This document shows positions 1-9,848 of a DNA stretch of 64,000 bases, in pieces; positions within the stretch are counted from its first letter, which is position 1, and every line of letters starts with the position of its first letter. The position numbers and the translations under genes were made by a program. A model generated the notes under the pieces. The model ran no database searches. It saw nothing but the letters and a program-made list of their open reading frames with translations, and was not told where the DNA came from. The stretch is from Candidatus Latescibacterota bacterium (GTDB lineage: Bacteria; Latescibacterota; UBA2968; GCA-2709665), in contig OZ252100.1 of assembly GCA_965248435.1 (NCBI GenBank), positions 128,001-192,000 on the forward strand, given 5' to 3'.

Positions 1-69
1 TACCTACGTTTCGAGTAGTTGCACGCGCGTGAACTCCCTTCTCCCTCATCCATGCGATGGAGGTCCAGC

Positions 70-354
70 GTGGTTTTTTGGGTAATCACTACACTCGTAA
101 TCGTCGTGGTCGTGAAGTATTATACGGCGAACGAAATGCGAAAGTTGGAGCAGAGATTAGGGATCGTGAAGGACGATCTTCATTCGGCGAAGGGACGACT
201 TCACGAGGTTGAGAAAAAACAGGACACCATAAAGACCGAGGAAACCGACTTTGAGGACCGTGTTCGGCGGATCAAGGAAGTGATCGAAGATATACAGATG
301 CGTATGTCTGCAAAGGAAGAGGCACCCGAACCCGAAGATGTGGGTGCAGCTTGA
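70..354 (+). CDS. small bitopic membrane coiled-coil protein (paralog of 438-740)
   Basis: GGAGGT RBS at 59-64 before in-frame GTG at 70; hydrophobic N-terminal helix, then VKYYTA..LEQRL and a heptad-rich charged helix. Confidence 0.75.
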   Translation: MVFWVITTLVIVVVVKYYTANEMRKLEQRLGIVKDDLHSAKGRLHEVEKKQDTIKTEETDFEDRVRRIKEVIEDIQMRMSAKEEAPEPEDVGAA

Positions 355-437
355 AACGCGAAGCCTGTTCAACATTCTGAACGTTCCCTAGAGTTGCGCG
401 TCGACTGGCGCGGTGCCTCCCTAAAAAGGCGTGGATC

Positions 438-740
438 ATGATTTGGGCTGCCATTGCCCTTTTCGGTGTGATTGCCGTGAAATATTATACGGCGGTTGGG
501 AGCCGAAACCTCGAGCAGCGGCTGAACAGGGTCAAGGGAGCATTGGTGAGTGCCAGGCGAAAGTTGAAATCGACTCGGGAAGAGCAGTCTGATGTAGCAG
601 AGGATACAGATGAGATGGAGGAACGAATCAGGCGCATGAGGGAGATTATCGATGACCTCGGAACGCGCATAAAGGGAAAGGAGAAAAAGGAGGAACCGGT
701 CAAAAAGCGCGAAAGGCCACCCATGCTGATGCAATACTGA
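438..740 (+). CDS. small bitopic membrane coiled-coil protein (paralog of 70-354)
   Basis: N-terminal TM helix; shares VKYYTA, LEQRL, VK..L.SA and R.RR..E.I.D motifs with the upstream ORF. Confidence 0.8.
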   Translation: MIWAAIALFGVIAVKYYTAVGSRNLEQRLNRVKGALVSARRKLKSTREEQSDVAEDTDEMEERIRRMREIIDDLGTRIKGKEKKEEPVKKRERPPMLMQY

Positions 741-909
741 GACTCCATTGCGGCGGAGGTCTTACCGGGCCAGCAGAGATATTGATTCTGCTGGCTTTTC
801 TGTGTCCTCGAAACAGATTCCGATGGCGTTTATCCGACCATCGTGCCGCCTGCCTTGACGACTCAGAGCAAAATGATTAGATTGATTCCTGCTAATTAGG
901 GTTGGTGGC

Positions 910-986
910 CGGGGCGTGGCGCAGTCAGGTAGCGCACTTTCTTGGGGTGGAAGTGGTCGCTGGTTCAAATCCAGTCGCCCCGACCA
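910..986 (+). tRNA. tRNA-Pro (anticodon GGG)
   Basis: Cloverleaf: CGGGGCG/CGCCCCG acceptor stem, GCGC D-stem, anticodon loop TTGGGGT, TTCAAAT T-loop, encoded CCA. Confidence 0.97.
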
Positions 987-995
987 TAAATAACA

Positions 996-1028
996 AAGGG
1001 TTACGGACTATCCGTAACCCTTGTTTTT
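996..1028 (+). terminator. intrinsic terminator-like hairpin after tRNA-Pro(GGG)
   Basis: AAGGGTTACGGA-cta-TCCGTAACCCTT perfect 12-bp stem followed by GTTTTT. Confidence 0.75.
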
Positions 1029-1174
1029 GTTCACGTGTCTAAACGTGTCTAATCGGGTGTGCTAATTCTCTTTTCCGGTTACGAAATTCTAAACCTGCCA
1101 CATGAACAACGCCCTCACCCATTAACACCAATGCCACCAATTTCCCCGCCATTCACATCTCGCCGCTACGTCTA

Positions 1175-2611
1175 TCACCCCAGCATTTCAGTTCCTTCCC
1201 ATCCATCAGGCAGTCCCGCTTTTTGGAATTCTCCGCAACGAGCACTGTATAGCTTCGCTACCGGGTCATTACCGTTGACCTTCAAGACATTATCAAAAAG
1301 CCTTTGCGCTTCCACGAATTCCCGATTTCTGTAAAGTGCAAGTGCCCGATCAAAGTTCGGCAGGGTCTGTATTTTCAATTCGACGATTTCCGGTTGATCG
1401 CCATCAAACACCTCGTAGACCCTTACCGCCTCGGATTTGCCTTTCACCTTGACCTGCCCGATCATTCTCGAATCAAACGGCGAGGGATCCGGCAGACGGT
1501 CAAAGGTTCGCTCGCTTATCAGAAGTGAGGTCCCATACATCTTGGTCAGGTTTTCCATGCGGGAGGCCAGGTTCACAGCATCTGAGATCACTGTTCCGTC
1601 CATACGGGTTTCTCCACCTACGGTACCCAGCATCAGGTCTCCTGAATTCAGGCCGATGCCGATGCGAACGGGGGGATAGCCTACCTTCCCACGGTGTGTG
1701 TTGTATTCTACAAGCGCAATCAACATCTCAATGCCAGCACGAACAGCGTCTTCGGCGCCCGTTGGAAAAAGCGCCATGATAGCATCGCCAACGAATTTAT
1801 CTACAAACCCGCGATACTTTCTAATGTGAGGCTCCATTCGGCTAAGATATGAGTTCGTGAACTTGAAATTCTCTTCTGGGGTCATTTTTTCTGAGAGCGC
1901 CGTAAAATCACGGACGTCTGAGAACAGAACCGTCATCTCCTTTTGCACCTGGTCCCCAAGCCTGACGTCGGCAATGCTTTCCTTCTCCAAAAAGCTTAGA
2001 AATTCGTGAGGTACAAAACGCTCGAAAGCACCCACAAGACTTTCTAACTGTTCTTTCTGGGATTCGATCGTCAGAAGATCGTGATAGGATCTCAACGCAA
2101 CAATCATGGAGTTGAACAGCTTTTGAGCTGTCAGCTCCGTCTTTGTTTTGTAGTCGTTGATGTCATAATCCAGAATGACCTTGTCCTCCGGTGCCTGTCC
2201 GGGTTGTCCGGTCCGAAGAATTATCCGAATTAACGGATTCTCCAGATCATTCCGGAGGAATTTTACAAACTTGAGCCCCGAATCTTCCTCTTCCATCACC
2301 ACATCCAGCAAGACAACGGCGGCATCTGGGTGATGTTTGATCAGCTCCATCGCCTCATCTACAGAATAAGCACTGATGAACAACAATGGCTTACTCTGGA
2401 ACGAGAATTCGCCGAGGGCGAGTTTAGTCACATCGTGGACTTCGTCATCGTCATCCACAATCAGGACCTTCCAGGGCTCCATTTGGCATTCTGGTAGTTG
2501 CAAATCCTTGTCATCCGCAAATACCAGCTCATCGTCATCTCCTTCAGAAAACCGCGACACGTCATCGGGCGAGTTTGGGCTGCCCTCATCTTTGGGCACG
2601 TTCATAGACAT
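1175..2611 (-). CDS. response-regulator receiver + class III adenylate cyclase with C-terminal TPR-like helices
   Basis: VLIVDDDD..VLLDVVM..RTG receiver; VLFSDVRDFT, VDKFVGDAIMA, GTVISDAVNLASRME, VKGK cyclase motifs; ATG 2611 lies immediately after the kinase stop. Confidence 0.9.
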   Translation of the reverse strand: MSMNVPKDEGSPNSPDDVSRFSEGDDDELVFADDKDLQLPECQMEPWKVLIVDDDDEVHDVTKLALGEFSFQSKPLLFISAYSVDEAMELIKHHPDAAVVLLDVVMEEEDSGLKFVKFLRNDLENPLIRIILRTGQPGQAPEDKVILDYDINDYKTKTELTAQKLFNSMIVALRSYHDLLTIESQKEQLESLVGAFERFVPHEFLSFLEKESIADVRLGDQVQKEMTVLFSDVRDFTALSEKMTPEENFKFTNSYLSRMEPHIRKYRGFVDKFVGDAIMALFPTGAEDAVRAGIEMLIALVEYNTHRGKVGYPPVRIGIGLNSGDLMLGTVGGETRMDGTVISDAVNLASRMENLTKMYGTSLLISERTFDRLPDPSPFDSRMIGQVKVKGKSEAVRVYEVFDGDQPEIVELKIQTLPNFDRALALYRNREFVEAQRLFDNVLKVNGNDPVAKLYSARCGEFQKAGLPDGWEGTEMLG

Positions 2612-2612
2612 C

Positions 2613-4151
2613 TTATTTCCTGACCTCCGAGAAAGGCAACTCGATCGTGAAGGTAGTTCCAACACCGATCTGGCTTTCAAGTGCAATCGTTCCATTCAAT
2701 CTCTGAGTCACCAGATTGTAGACAATATGCATCCCCAGGCCACTCCCCCCCTGATTTCGTCTGGTGGAGAAAAATGGATCGAAAATCTTTGCCAAATGTT
2801 GTTCTGGGATTCCCTTCCCGTCATCGGCATACTTGAAGATGAGATGCGAGGGCTCCCGTACGAGGTCGAGGGTGATTAGGCCCACATCAGCTTTACCATA
2901 AGCGTGAATCATAGAATTCATCACGAGATTTGTGACAATCTGCGAAAAGGCTCCCGGGTAGGTATCCAGCGTGATGGACTCGTCGCATTCGACTCGGATC
3001 TCGTGATTCGTCTTTTTCAATTCCGGTTTGAGGTTAAGCAAGATTTCGTCCAGATATTCTTTAACCTTGAATTCGCGCCTCTCTTCACTTGATTGATCCA
3101 CCGCGACCTGTTTGAAACTCCCGATGATCTCGGCTGCCCGGTTGAGGTTGGACAGAATCAATTGGCTGGACTGGTCAACGGTGTCCAGAAACTTAGTCAA
3201 ATCCGATCGTTTCATCTTACCATCGCGGTAGAGATCCAGAAATTGCCGATTCTGGATGTCTAAGTGCGAGGCCGCCGTAACGCCGATTCCCACCGGTGTG
3301 TTGATTTCGTGGGCAATTCCGGCAACCAGCCCCCCCAAGGCAGCCATCTTTTCAGACTGGACAAGTTGCACCTGGGTCTCCTGCAAGGATTTATTGGTCT
3401 GTTCCAATTCGGTTAAGCTTTCCTGAAGCTGTTTTTGTAGTAGCTTGAGTTCGGTGATATCGTGGGCGTAAATGCGCACGAGATTGTTTTGTGCCATGTA
3501 TGTGGTTTTTTGCTGGTAGATGCAATCTTCAATCTCGAGCTCGCGCAGGGAAGAGTCTTCCTTCCTCTCCTCAAGCGTATGGATGATGGACTCCAGGCCT
3601 TCGAGTATGGGATGTTGGTGTCCGGCGGTACGCAGGTCGGGGAATCGCCCCTTGGCTGCAGGGTTAAGGTAGGTTACCTGGCCCTCGAGGTTAGTCTCAA
3701 TGACGGGATTGGGATTCTGCTCGGGGAAGGTCGCCAGGCGCGCCAGCGTCTCTTCTGCCCGCTTGAGTTCGGTGACATCGTGGGCGTAGATGCGCACGAG
3801 GTTGTTTTGTGCCATGTATGTGGTTTTTTGCTGGTAGATGTAATCTTCAATCTCCAGTTCGCGCAGGGAAGAGTCTTCCTTCCTTTCCTCAAGCGTATGG
3901 ATGATGGACTCCAGGCCTTCGAGTATGGGATGATGGAGTCCGGCGGTATGCAGGTCGGGGAATCGCTCCCTGGCTGCGGGGTTAAGGTAGGTCACCTGGC
4001 CTTCGAGGTTAGTCTCGATGACGGGATTTGGATTCTGCTCGGGGAAGGTGGCCAGGCGCGCCAGCCTCTCCTTGAGCCGCTCAAGCTCCGCTTCTCTCGT
4101 TTCCAATTCAGCCACCCGCTTGCGCAGTTCAGCTAATTCGCTCAATGTCAA
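2613..4151 (-). CDS. cytoplasmic PAS-PAS sensor histidine kinase
   Basis: Two FPEQNPNPV PAS repeats; SEKMAALGGLVAGIAHEINTP H-box; NLVMNS, DDGKGI, FDPFFST, GSGLG ATPase boxes. Confidence 0.93.
   Translation of the reverse strand: MTLSELAELRKRVAELETREAELERLKERLARLATFPEQNPNPVIETNLEGQVTYLNPAARERFPDLHTAGLHHPILEGLESIIHTLEERKEDSSLRELEIEDYIYQQKTTYMAQNNLVRIYAHDVTELKRAEETLARLATFPEQNPNPVIETNLEGQVTYLNPAAKGRFPDLRTAGHQHPILEGLESIIHTLEERKEDSSLRELEIEDCIYQQKTTYMAQNNLVRIYAHDITELKLLQKQLQESLTELEQTNKSLQETQVQLVQSEKMAALGGLVAGIAHEINTPVGIGVTAASHLDIQNRQFLDLYRDGKMKRSDLTKFLDTVDQSSQLILSNLNRAAEIIGSFKQVAVDQSSEERREFKVKEYLDEILLNLKPELKKTNHEIRVECDESITLDTYPGAFSQIVTNLVMNSMIHAYGKADVGLITLDLVREPSHLIFKYADDGKGIPEQHLAKIFDPFFSTRRNQGGSGLGMHIVYNLVTQRLNGTIALESQIGVGTTFTIELPFSEVRK
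3443..4065. repeat. near-identical intragenic tandem duplication, period 318 bp (106 aa PAS unit)
   Basis: 3443-3747 aligns base by base with 3761-4065, with scattered mostly synonymous changes. Confidence 0.95.
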
Positions 4152-4524
4152 CCCTCGTTTTGGGGCAGATTGGAGATACGTCTATAGTCACTAAATTGAG
4201 ATGTAGACCATGCCGGTCGCGCCTTCCGCTCCGAGAATTTCAGCTTTGGCGCAAGGTCACAGCATCGGAAGTTTCGTCATCAGCTTGCTGGAATAGCCCA
4301 ATTAAAGAGGTAGACATCCACTTTGCTTTCCGCCTGGGTCACCTCATTTCAAAATATCGGATGCGGAAATAGTAAGGGTGGACTATAACAAGCAATAATG
4401 TGTGCCATTAACCTGATGTCAACAAAAAACGACATTCCGGAGATTCACTTTGCAGTACTCTGTGTGAGTGCCTGTATTCAAGATCCCCAACTTACCGTCC
4501 TGGAACACGCCCGTGCGCGGCCCT

Positions 4525-4559
4525 AGAGCGGGTTACGGCAATTGCCGTGACCCGCTTTT
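4525..4559. terminator. strong intergenic hairpin (terminator-like)
   Basis: AGAGCGGGTTACGGC/GCCGTGACCCGCTTT stem followed by T-tract. Confidence 0.55.
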
Positions 4560-4686
4560 ACTTTCTGCGAAATACCGTGTGATGAAAGACAGGTTGGAGC
4601 GGTTGCGGTCTCGATGTTACATTTGAGAGCGGCAGATATCAGTCGCTAGACATAAAACGGCTCGTACTAGGGAAGCGGAGGAAATC

Positions 4687-5979
4687 GTGGATACGGCCGC
4701 AGTATTCATGCATTGGCGCGTTCTGACTGAAGAGCCTGAGCGGGTCCTGGATGACCTCGCACGATACACCGCGATCAACACATTGCTCCTCAGCAATGTC
4801 CTGATTCCGGACTTTCTGGATCCTAACCTGAAGTCAAGGCCGCTGCTTCCCAGCGCGGACGGGTTGGAAGGGCTGCCGATGACCGTCGCTCCAGAGGAGT
4901 TCGAAACCGTCGCCCGGTTTGCTGAGCTGGCCAAAACGAAGGGATTCGGGATCGTCTGTCACGTCATTCCCAGCATGGCCTTCACCCGGGACTTCGCGGA
5001 GATGGACGCCGTGACGGTGAAGGGAAGACGGTCCACCGATCTGGAGAAGACGGGCATGATCTGGGGCTGTCCGAACAACCCGATGACGATCCATAACGGA
5101 GAGGCGCTGGCACGACGGTCCGCTCAATCCTGGTCCTTCGCCGACATGCTGGAGCTGAATCACGTGGAGTATCGTTTGTGGCCGCGGGGAGGCGTGGATG
5201 AGCTGATGGTCTGCTTTTGCGATCACTGCAAGAAGAAGGCAGAGGATGCGGGGGTCGATTTCGAGGGGATGAAGCGGGAGGTGGCGTTGTTTTACGAAGA
5301 CCTCGCTTCGGGCCGGCTTCTTTCCGACACGAAGATCTCTGCGAAAGGCTTGGGCGATACCCTCAGGGCGAGACCGCTCTTGGCCGAGTGGAGCCGCTTC
5401 CGTATAGCGTCGATGTCCGATTTCATCCGGCGAGTTACGGCCGCGGCGCGGGCATCCGCAGAGGCCTCCAATCCCGACTTGAAGATCGGGTTGGACATCT
5501 TCCTTCCTTCGGCCGCGAACCTCGTGGGGACCGACTTCGCTTCGCTGTATCCCTTGTTCGACTGGGTCTCTCCCAAGTTTCCGGATTACGTTCCGGGCAC
5601 GATCCTGCCGTTCGTTTCCGAAGAATTGGCATCGAACAGTGGAGACGGGTCCTCCGCTGAGTTTCTGTCGATCCTCCGGCGCGTCCTGGACCTGGGTGAG
5701 GGGCCGGAGGAATACGAGCCTATCGAGCCGCCCGACGAGGATCTTCTCTATTCGAACACGTTCGATCCGAGCATCATCGAGAGACAATCCGCCCACATCA
5801 AAGAGCTGTTCGGAAAGGTGAAGATGTACCCGTGGATCTGGATCTACAACCGGGATCTAGAGCTGTTCAAGCGGAAGGTGGAGGCCGTGGAGGCGAGCGG
5901 GTTTGACGGCTATTTTATGTGGAACTGGGAAGTGGATCTGTCTTCGGAGCGGCTGAAGATGTCGGAGGGAATCTTCTAA
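4687..5979 (+). CDS. hypothetical protein, probable glycoside-hydrolase-like TIM barrel with Cys metal site
   Basis: 430-aa ORF with GCPNNP and CFCDHC motifs, WSRFR..SMSDF and PDLKIGLD pattern reminiscent of GHL10/GH42-like barrels. Confidence 0.55.
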   Translation: MDTAAVFMHWRVLTEEPERVLDDLARYTAINTLLLSNVLIPDFLDPNLKSRPLLPSADGLEGLPMTVAPEEFETVARFAELAKTKGFGIVCHVIPSMAFTRDFAEMDAVTVKGRRSTDLEKTGMIWGCPNNPMTIHNGEALARRSAQSWSFADMLELNHVEYRLWPRGGVDELMVCFCDHCKKKAEDAGVDFEGMKREVALFYEDLASGRLLSDTKISAKGLGDTLRARPLLAEWSRFRIASMSDFIRRVTAAARASAEASNPDLKIGLDIFLPSAANLVGTDFASLYPLFDWVSPKFPDYVPGTILPFVSEELASNSGDGSSAEFLSILRRVLDLGEGPEEYEPIEPPDEDLLYSNTFDPSIIERQSAHIKELFGKVKMYPWIWIYNRDLELFKRKVEAVEASGFDGYFMWNWEVDLSSERLKMSEGIF

Positions 5980-5996
5980 CGGAGCCGCTTCATCAC

Positions 5997-6105
5997 ACCC
6001 ACCCCGCCCCTTCGGGGCACCCCTCCCGGGAGGGGATTGGTGACGTTTGTTGAGATACACCTTGAATACGAAGGTCCCCTCCTTGGAGGGGATTCAGGGG
6101 TGGGT
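5997..6105. repeat. MITE/REP-like palindromic element between convergent genes
   Basis: Terminal inverted repeats ACCCACCCC/GGGGTGGGT; internal palindromes GCCCC-TTC-GGGGC, CCCCTCCCGGGAGGGG, CCCCTCC-TT-GGAGGGG. Confidence 0.7.
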
Positions 6106-6189
6106 CCCAGTGGAACAATCAATAATCAAGTGTCAGGGACCCACGGCCAGGTGCCCCACTGCAGTACGCCCAGCATTGATGAAGAACCT

Positions 6190-7341
6190 TTAGAATGGTT
6201 TATAGGCGACGCCGAGATTTGGCGTCTCTATTCGGACGTGGCCTCTGTGTCTGGACTCCATCAGTGCATCAAGCACGCCGCTGACCAACAGGGTGCGCTC
6301 CACCGGGTATTGGGGTCTGCCGCTCAGGAACATCTCCTGGATGCTCAGCCCAAGGGCACTGAACGGTAGTTCGAGACCGCCCCTCGGGTTGAACTCGGCA
6401 CTCTCCATACGTCCATCTACCCGCGCCGCATACCCGAAGCCGCGGAGATGTCCGTCCAGCATCAGCGTGGCGGCGCGCAACCCATCCGCATATTCCAGCA
6501 GAAAGACCGCCGGATTCCTGCAGTTTTCTTCCATACTTCCTGTCTCTTTCGGCCCGACGCAGGCCTCCGCGGCCTCAGCCAGCTCACGCGACCAGATTCC
6601 TTCTCTACCTGCCCGCCACACATCCTCGCCTTCGAGGCACTGAACGGCCGAAACGCCCGTCTCACCCCTGGTTCGGCGCTCGACGACGCATTGCAGGGCC
6701 TCCAGACCGTGGAATCCGTAGGAGTCGAGCGCGTTCACATAGGAATGGAAGTAGCCGATGGCCAGTGCCTCTTCGATCGACGATCCGATCTCCGGCTTGC
6801 GACAGACGAGGGGCAGAGAGGAGCCGGCCATCATTGGTACTTCCAGATCCCGGGCGCGCTCATAGATCCACCACGCGTCCGCCCAGTTGTAAGCCAGGTG
6901 CTTGTCGTGGAAAACGGGCACGGATCGCCCCGAGGTGGCGAAGACGCCGCAGACCTGCTCGAAGAAGTAGCGGCGCGGATACATCTGCCGCTGTCGTTCG
7001 TTCCCAGAGTAGTCTCCGTGCTCGGCGACTAAGAGCACGCCGTCCACCGCAAGCTCTCCGGTCTGCCAGTCATCCGCGGTCGGCCAGTGGCCCGCGCTCG
7101 GAGGGGTCAATGTGAGGGCCGCACGGATGCTCGGACAGACGACGATATCGTGCCTTCGGGCCAGATCTATCCCGACGTCGCTGGGATGAATCTGGTCCAT
7201 GTAGATCGATACGAGGTCCACTTTCGGCTCGACAACACCATTATCCCGCGGAAATCCGTCCGCAAATTTGGACACGATCAGATCGGCGTGTGACCCGGAA
7301 AAATAGGTCGTCACAATCGCCGCGATCTTCTTGCGTGGCAT
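6190..7341 (-). CDS. conserved hypothetical protein, probable Gfo/Idh/MocA-like oxidoreductase fold
   Basis: KIAAIVTTY..SHAD, VDGVLLVAEHGDY, PVFHDKHL, MMAGSSLP, YGFHGLE, PVERTLL motifs. Confidence 0.6.
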   Translation of the reverse strand: MPRKKIAAIVTTYFSGSHADLIVSKFADGFPRDNGVVEPKVDLVSIYMDQIHPSDVGIDLARRHDIVVCPSIRAALTLTPPSAGHWPTADDWQTGELAVDGVLLVAEHGDYSGNERQRQMYPRRYFFEQVCGVFATSGRSVPVFHDKHLAYNWADAWWIYERARDLEVPMMAGSSLPLVCRKPEIGSSIEEALAIGYFHSYVNALDSYGFHGLEALQCVVERRTRGETGVSAVQCLEGEDVWRAGREGIWSRELAEAAEACVGPKETGSMEENCRNPAVFLLEYADGLRAATLMLDGHLRGFGYAARVDGRMESAEFNPRGGLELPFSALGLSIQEMFLSGRPQYPVERTLLVSGVLDALMESRHRGHVRIETPNLGVAYKPF

Positions 7342-7358
7342 AGCAGTCTACCCTGAGA

Positions 7359-9317
7359 TTACCACCCGTGAGCGAAGTGCCGGGAGGTCTCAAACCAGAT
7401 CATGTCGACAACGGTGGAGACGCCCACCGCGGTCAGATAACCGACGATGAACCCGTACCAGAAAGGCACAGAGCGCCGGTAAAGCCTTACGCCGCCGATC
7501 CGGATGATTAGATACTTGGGCAGCCAGACCAGGAAGAGGCTGAATCCGTAAAACTGCGGGAAAGCCAGTCCCATCGGATGAATCGGCCAGCCGGAAAATC
7601 GGGACATCAGGAAGGTGAGCAGCCCGGCCTCGGCCCCGCCGAAGATCCAGACGAGCAGCTTCTGGGTGTCGAAAAAGGTAAGCGACGAGCCTTCCACGAT
7701 CGGAACGATCCTCGCCATGGTCCTCCAGGCGCCCATTTCGTGGTGACTGTTCAGGCCGGCCTCCCTGTAGAACATGGTGATGTTGGCCCAGGAGGCGGAC
7801 ACATAGGCAACGAGCAATGCTGCGGGCAGGGCACCCCAGACGAGGGGATGCCGGCGGAGGGCATTCCCCAGCAGCTTGAAGAAGTGGGGCGTCGCGGGGA
7901 CCGACAACAGGCGTGCGCCTGCTCCGACGAACCCGTGGAAGCCCACGATCGCCATCCCCATCAGATCGCCCGGCATCAGATTTGCCGTCCCCCAGAGCTT
8001 TTCAATAATCCGGGCTCCTTTATCGCCCTGGGGTCTCAAAAACCCGAACCCGGTTGCCGCAGAGTATTTGACGATGCCGAAGTAGGCCACGAACATCAGG
8101 GCCATCTGGATCAACGCGATGTGTGGACGGAACCCGAGGGTGAGGAAGAACCCGAACACGAACGTCCCCGAACAGAGGAGACCCAGCCAGGCCGTTCGAT
8201 AGGTGACCGGCACCCCGTCATCTTCGGGCCTACGATAATAGAATGCCTTTCTGAAGGTGTCCCTCAAATGGTGTCGGGACATCCAGACCGACCAGGCGAC
8301 CAGGAAGACCAGGGCCCCGTGGGCCTCGAGCTGAATGATGTCGCTCGGCGTGGCGGGCTGGCCTTCCATGCCGACAGAGAATCCCACCCGGTTCATGAAC
8401 CCCTCTTTCAGAATGTTGAGGGGATATATGATCCAGAACGTGAGCAGAAGGTTGAGGGGACAGTGGTAGGCCAGCCCCATGATCAGCGGTTGGACCCGAA
8501 TGAAGTAGGGAGGGAATCCGCGACCGATATGGATCACCTGCCTCCCGAGCTCCTCGAACAGCATGATCCTTGGCAGGTGGAGGATGAAGTAGCCGGCGAT
8601 GTTCCAGAAGATCACAGCCGCGGTAGAAAAGAAACCCACCCAGAAGAGCCAGTCCTTGAGGATCCGCGGCAGGCCGCGGCCCCGTTCCGATTCCTCCAGG
8701 AGGTCGCTCGGGAATTTCGACAGGGGAAAGGTCAAGCGCTCCCTGTCTGTCCACTGCTTGAAGAAGATCACGCTCGCGAAGAAGCCGGACATCACCACCC
8801 CCAGAGTGCCCAGGAACCACCAGACAAGCGGTGAGATCCACGGACCCCAGGGGATCGGGTCGCCCGGGGCCAGCCCGGCGAAGAGCCTTCCGACGACGTA
8901 ATCCGACGGTTCCAGGTAGAGCCACTTCGGGACATAAGGCCATCCCACATCCCAGAACCGGTTCTCGGGTGAAGAGAAGTGTGCGGGTGCGGCCATCTGA
9001 GTGATCTGGTAGCTCATTTTCCCCATCTGGGGCATGGTGGCGACGATCCAGACGATCCCGAAGATAGCCAGCATCTCTATGCGGGAAAGCGCGAGACGTG
9101 GAAACGCGAATCTCAGCGCCAGGTTGATCATGATCCAGATCACGAGCGGGAGCAGGGCAGCCACCGGCATGAAATGCGTCATCAGGTGAGACTTGTAGAA
9201 CGTCGCGTAGATGTCCATCCCGGCGATAGTGATTAACCCCAGGAGGAACGCGCGCGGCGTGACGCGCTCCTTGACGACCTTCGGTACAGGTTCGGCAATA
9301 GGTTGGGCTACGGCCAT
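7359..9317 (-). CDS. DUF6785/DUF6784-type polytopic membrane protein (putative transporter)
   Basis: 652 aa, many TM helices; QWTDRERLTFPL and C-terminal WPIHPMG..RIGG..LYRR motifs. Confidence 0.75.
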   Translation of the reverse strand: MAVAQPIAEPVPKVVKERVTPRAFLLGLITIAGMDIYATFYKSHLMTHFMPVAALLPLVIWIMINLALRFAFPRLALSRIEMLAIFGIVWIVATMPQMGKMSYQITQMAAPAHFSSPENRFWDVGWPYVPKWLYLEPSDYVVGRLFAGLAPGDPIPWGPWISPLVWWFLGTLGVVMSGFFASVIFFKQWTDRERLTFPLSKFPSDLLEESERGRGLPRILKDWLFWVGFFSTAAVIFWNIAGYFILHLPRIMLFEELGRQVIHIGRGFPPYFIRVQPLIMGLAYHCPLNLLLTFWIIYPLNILKEGFMNRVGFSVGMEGQPATPSDIIQLEAHGALVFLVAWSVWMSRHHLRDTFRKAFYYRRPEDDGVPVTYRTAWLGLLCSGTFVFGFFLTLGFRPHIALIQMALMFVAYFGIVKYSAATGFGFLRPQGDKGARIIEKLWGTANLMPGDLMGMAIVGFHGFVGAGARLLSVPATPHFFKLLGNALRRHPLVWGALPAALLVAYVSASWANITMFYREAGLNSHHEMGAWRTMARIVPIVEGSSLTFFDTQKLLVWIFGGAEAGLLTFLMSRFSGWPIHPMGLAFPQFYGFSLFLVWLPKYLIIRIGGVRLYRRSVPFWYGFIVGYLTAVGVSTVVDMIWFETSRHFAHGW

Positions 9318-9382
9318 AGTGAGGTCTCTGCTGACGAATACGTCGCGTCAATACTGAAGAAAATCGACCCTGGCTTTAAAGC

Positions 9383-9412
9383 TTGACAGCATAAGCGCAT
9401 TCCACATAAATT
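9383..9412 (+). promoter_or_regulatory. putative sigma70 promoter of the PilZ-yqaA pair
   Basis: TTGACA-18nt-TAAATT. Confidence 0.45.
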
Positions 9413-9461
9413 GCTGGTCAGCAAACCCTTCCATGTCGGGGGATATGGGTCAGGGGCAACG

Positions 9462-9842
9462 ATGTTCAAATTTTTCAGGCAGATATTTGGGGATCCCAGG
9501 AAAGATTCAAAGCGGATCCCCATCGAATTGGTCGTGAGGACGGTCGATACCGAGGGCCAGACCAGAGAGGGAAGATCCGAAGATTTGAGCCATAAGGGTA
9601 TTCGGCTGGTGTTCAACGGATCCAGTATGGCGCAGTTCATGGGTCACCGGGAGGAAGTTCCGCTGGAGATCTGCTTGGAGAATGGTTCCCCGTCAGTGAG
9701 TGCAAGCGCGGGTCTGAAATGGGCCTACTCGACCTCCGAAGGCAGTACCGTTAGCGGATGGCAGTTCGTCCACGTTCCTGTAGACGGTCGTCGGAGACTC
9801 GAGGCCTTTTTGGCTCAGCGCGGATCTGATGAGAAGGCCTGA
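9462..9842 (+). CDS. PilZ-domain (c-di-GMP-binding) protein
   Basis: RKDSKR (RxxxR-like) and DLSHKG (DxSxxG) motifs, W..G..F beta-barrel end. Confidence 0.8.
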   Translation: MFKFFRQIFGDPRKDSKRIPIELVVRTVDTEGQTREGRSEDLSHKGIRLVFNGSSMAQFMGHREEVPLEICLENGSPSVSASAGLKWAYSTSEGSTVSGWQFVHVPVDGRRRLEAFLAQRGSDEKA

Positions 9843-9848
9843 GATGGA

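Noticed and set aside
4391-4407. sigma54 promoter for the kinase (TGGCAC-N6-TTGCT on minus), and a similar site at 52452-52468
   Set aside because: GG-to-GC spacing is one base longer than the strict sigma54 requirement
6203-6230. REP-like palindrome inside the 3' end of ORF 6190-7341 (encoding ETPNLGV)
   Set aside because: Imperfect, lacks GTAG ends, and can be explained by ordinary coding sequence
7578-8834. Long antisense or alternative-frame ORFs (e.g. 7578-8834+, 8230-9351-, 4834-5796-, 21688-22485-, 50081-51076-, 51175-52197-)
   Set aside because: They overlap well-supported genes and have no family motifs; expected shadow ORFs in GC-rich DNA
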